Origin: Planctomycetota bacterium
GTDB lineage: Bacteria; Planctomycetota; SZUA-567
NCBI GenBank assembly: GCA_016936955.1
Contig: JAFGWW010000082.1
Coordinates: 1-43,247, forward strand
Direction of reading: 5' to 3'
Length of the DNA: 43,247 nt
The position numbers and the translations under genes were made by a program. The first letter of the stretch is position 1; each line of letters opens with the position of its first letter. Below are positions 41,234 through 43,247 of the stretch, piece by piece. Under the pieces are notes generated by a model, which did no database searches, had not been told where the DNA came from, and saw only the letters and a list, made by a program, of their open reading frames with translations.

Positions 41234-43247
41234 TTACGGTTCGGTGGTAGTGCGCGGGGTGCGTTTGGGGTCCCCAAGCCAATCATTGATTACGTCTACA
41301 TCCGCCTCGCGGCCGGCGTTGATATCCTCCTCGGCCAGATCGCGCACAGCCTGTTTCTTGTTGTCCGTATAAATCCGGTTGTCGGCGGTGATTATGCGGG
41401 CTGTAACAAAAATCAGCATGCACGAACGGGTGCGGGCGTTGTCCTTGGATTTGAACATGTTCCCCACCCCGGGAATCTTGCTGAGGAAAGGAACCTGCTT
41501 TTGGGTTTCGGTTATGCTGTCGCGGCTTAACCCGCCGACCACCAGCGTCTGTCCGTCCAGAACCGCAGCATCAACCGAGAGGGTCTGGGTATTGACGATC
41601 GGCTGCTCCCACGAGGCGACCTCGGCATTATCCCCGTCATCGCCGGGGGTGGCAACCACAATACTCTGGGTAACGCTGCCGTTGGTCTCGGTAATCTCCG
41701 GGGTAACGCGGAGCATGATGGTCTTCATGTCGGAGCCGACCGAAGGGGTGACCTCAAGCTTGAAACCGATGTCGAGGGTATCCCACTGGGGAATAAGCAC
41801 CGTCGACGAGGTAGAGTTGGTGTCGTTGGAGGTGGTTAAAGTCTCGGTATCAACACCGCTCTGGTACGGGATCGAATCGTTAAGGTCGATCTTGGCCGTG
41901 TGGTTGTTCAGGGCGATCACGCGGGGAGCGGAGAGAACCTTGTTCGCCGAATTCTGCTCCAGAGCCTGAAGAGCAAAGCTGAGTTGGTGATTGTTCAGGA
42001 TGGCGACGGCGCCGCTGGTTAGTGCATCAGCGCTTACGCCCACATTCGCGGCCGTATTGGCGAGGCGCACCTTGTTGTCGCTGTAATCGTTAGCACCGGG
42101 AACGGTGTCGGGATTGGGGGTCAGGGTCCAGTTGAAGCCAAGCTGGTCGACCACATTCTCCTTGACGTTCACAAAACGGGCCACAACCAGAATCTGGATC
42201 GGGGGCACATCCATCATCTTGACGATTTTCTGCACCTCCTCGATCATGGCGGGGGTGCTGATAAGGATAAGGCGGTTGAGTTTCTTGTCGATTCTCCACT
42301 TGGTCTCGGCGGGCCAGCCCGGCCAGTTGCCTTCCATCCAGGAAAGCATGTCCTCAATCTCGCTAACATTGCCGTTGCCCTGGTTTTCACCATTACCACC
42401 CTCACCGGTGAGGGCCGCCGCCTGCGCCGCGGCTCCTCTGATACCGTTACCACCGGCACCCGCCCCACCGCCGCCTGCAGACGGTGAATTGAGGGGGGTA
42501 AGACCGTTGTTAAGGGGGATGATGACGGGGCGCAAAAGGGCTTTTTCGCTGTCGGCGTTGTCGGCGGCATAAACCCAGACCGTCCCCTTGTTGACGGTAT
42601 AGCCGATCTTGTAGGAACGGCTGAGATAATTGAGAATGTCTTCGAGGGTCAGGTTGCGGGCGTGGATGGTTACGGTCTTGTCCTGAATATCCTCGGGGTT
42701 GTAGATGATGTTCACGCCAGTGGTTTTGAAGAGAAGCTGGAGCACATAATTCAGGTCTGTCTCGATAAGGTTGATCTCGGGCAGAACCTGGGCGAGAACC
42801 GTCTTCGCGTCTGTGCCGATCTGATCCTTGATCAGGAAAGGCACCTCCTCTTCCTTGAGTTCCGGGCGGGGAAGGTCGGAGCCGCGATGGGGCATGAGCC
42901 CCTCCTCGGTAACCGAACGCAGGGCGGCATGGTCCCTCACCGTCCTTTCAGTGTCGAGGTTTTCCGTATCGTCAGCAAGGCGCTTGCTTGTGGCGAGTTC
43001 CTTGAGTTTGCGTGCATTCTCGTGGCGCGGGAGGATGGCGAGAATTCCGTCGCAGACATCGATGCACTGCTGCCATTTGCCGACGTCGTAATACATCTTG
43101 GCACTTACGTATTTGCTCTCCGCAATCCCGCGGATGCGGTTATAGGTGGCATCGACGTCAGTCTTGTCCTCGCGCTTCGATATCCCTTTCGGAGGCAGGG
43201 AGAAGGTTCCGAACTCCTCAGGCGTAGACTCTTCGGCATGCAGACAC
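41234..43247 (-). CDS. secretin (GspD/PilQ family) with TPR-like N-terminus; 5' end beyond the window
   Basis: The reading frame stays open upstream of the listed Met to the window edge (...CLHAEESTPEEFGTFSLPPKGISKREDKTDVDATYNRIRGIAESKYVSAKMYYDVGKW...). The STN-like domain is INLIETDLNYVLQLLFKTTGVNIIYNPEDIQDKTVTIHARNLTLEDILNYLS. The N-domain is PIQILVVARFVNV. The secretin core is KVLSAPRVIALNNHTAKIDL...GQTLVVGGLSRDSITETQKQVPFLSKIPGVGNMFKSK...LIFVTARII. Confidence 0.9.
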   Translation of the reverse strand, partial: CLHAEESTPEEFGTFSLPPKGISKREDKTDVDATYNRIRGIAESKYVSAKMYYDVGKWQQCIDVCDGILAILPRHENARKLKELATSKRLADDTENLDTERTVRDHAALRSVTEEGLMPHRGSDLPRPELKEEEVPFLIKDQIGTDAKTVLAQVLPEINLIETDLNYVLQLLFKTTGVNIIYNPEDIQDKTVTIHARNLTLEDILNYLSRSYKIGYTVNKGTVWVYAADNADSEKALLRPVIIPLNNGLTPLNSPSAGGGGAGAGGNGIRGAAAQAAALTGEGGNGENQGNGNVSEIEDMLSWMEGNWPGWPAETKWRIDKKLNRLILISTPAMIEEVQKIVKMMDVPPIQILVVARFVNVKENVVDQLGFNWTLTPNPDTVPGANDYSDNKVRLANTAANVGVSADALTSGAVAILNNHQLSFALQALEQNSANKVLSAPRVIALNNHTAKIDLNDSIPYQSGVDTETLTTSNDTNSTSSTVLIPQWDTLDIGFKLEVTPSVGSDMKTIMLRVTPEITETNGSVTQSIVVATPGDDGDNAEVASWEQPIVNTQTLSVDAAVLDGQTLVVGGLSRDSITETQKQVPFLSKIPGVGNMFKSKDNARTRSCMLIFVTARIITADNRIYTDNKKQAVRDLAEEDINAGREADVDVINDWLGDPKRTPRTTTEP

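Noticed and set aside
1-43247. Searched by eye for CRISPR repeats, tRNA T-loop/acceptor patterns, rRNA, RNase P/SRP/tmRNA cores, transposases, integrases, phage genes and known defence-system enzymes
   Set aside because: None found. The only repeats are the two-copy 18-nt dyad, the inverted repeat at 23047-23132 and the in-frame 69-nt tandem repeats in rluB.

Overview
Dense, GC-rich chromosomal window (roughly 58-60% GC by eye) with about 36 protein-coding genes. I recognise no rRNA, tRNA, CRISPR array, transposase or integrase. The gene content points to a strictly anaerobic, glycan-degrading bacterium: rubrerythrin with a PerR-like regulator, a Desulfovibrio-type bacterioferritin, a siroheme-dependent haem branch, a Cys-type sulfatase, a GH65 phosphorylase and a large secreted glycosidase. 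The phylum cannot be fixed from sequence alone; a PVC-group lineage such as Kiritimatiellota/Lentisphaerota, or Desulfobacterota, are guesses.

Layout, left to right:
- sirC tail and hemB (+), then bfr, fused ahbA/B, a NirJ-like radical SAM and an NAD-dependent epimerase/3-beta-HSD-like protein (-).
- GH65 phosphorylase and beta-phosphoglucomutase operon (-).
- A three-gene unit (-): DUF1330-methyltransferase fusion, glycerate kinase and an orphan ABC ATPase. It sits behind a promoter, a ~190-nt leader and an intrinsic terminator.
- Sulfatase (+), a frameshifted membrane sensor with a C-terminal Cys4 module (-), a DUF4886/SGNH-like protein (+) and a stand-alone receiver (-).
- Redox island (-): PerR-like regulator, rubrerythrin, TlpA-like oxidoreductase and CcdA.
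- A ~950-bp AT-rich non-coding gap.
- DUF255 thioredoxin-like protein (+), an orphan AbrB/MazE-type antitoxin with an inverted repeat (+), a CheD-receiver fusion (-) and a PpiD-like chaperone (-).
- manA, rluB with a repeat-rich basic tail, a small membrane protein, GT4 and a GT-C-like protein (+).
- O-methyltransferase and a 902-aa glycosidase (-).
- A minus-strand envelope-machine cluster: secretin (runs off the window), PilM-PilN fusion, PilO-like, PilP/GspC-like and a TPR protein with an STN-like domain.

Most interesting, none provable here:
- The attenuator/riboswitch-like leader at 11684-11929.
- The CheD-receiver fusion.
- The kinase-less sensor ending in a Cys4 module.
- The non-canonical secretin/PilMNOP-like cluster.

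All calls come from reading the ORF translations and the DNA. No database search was run.
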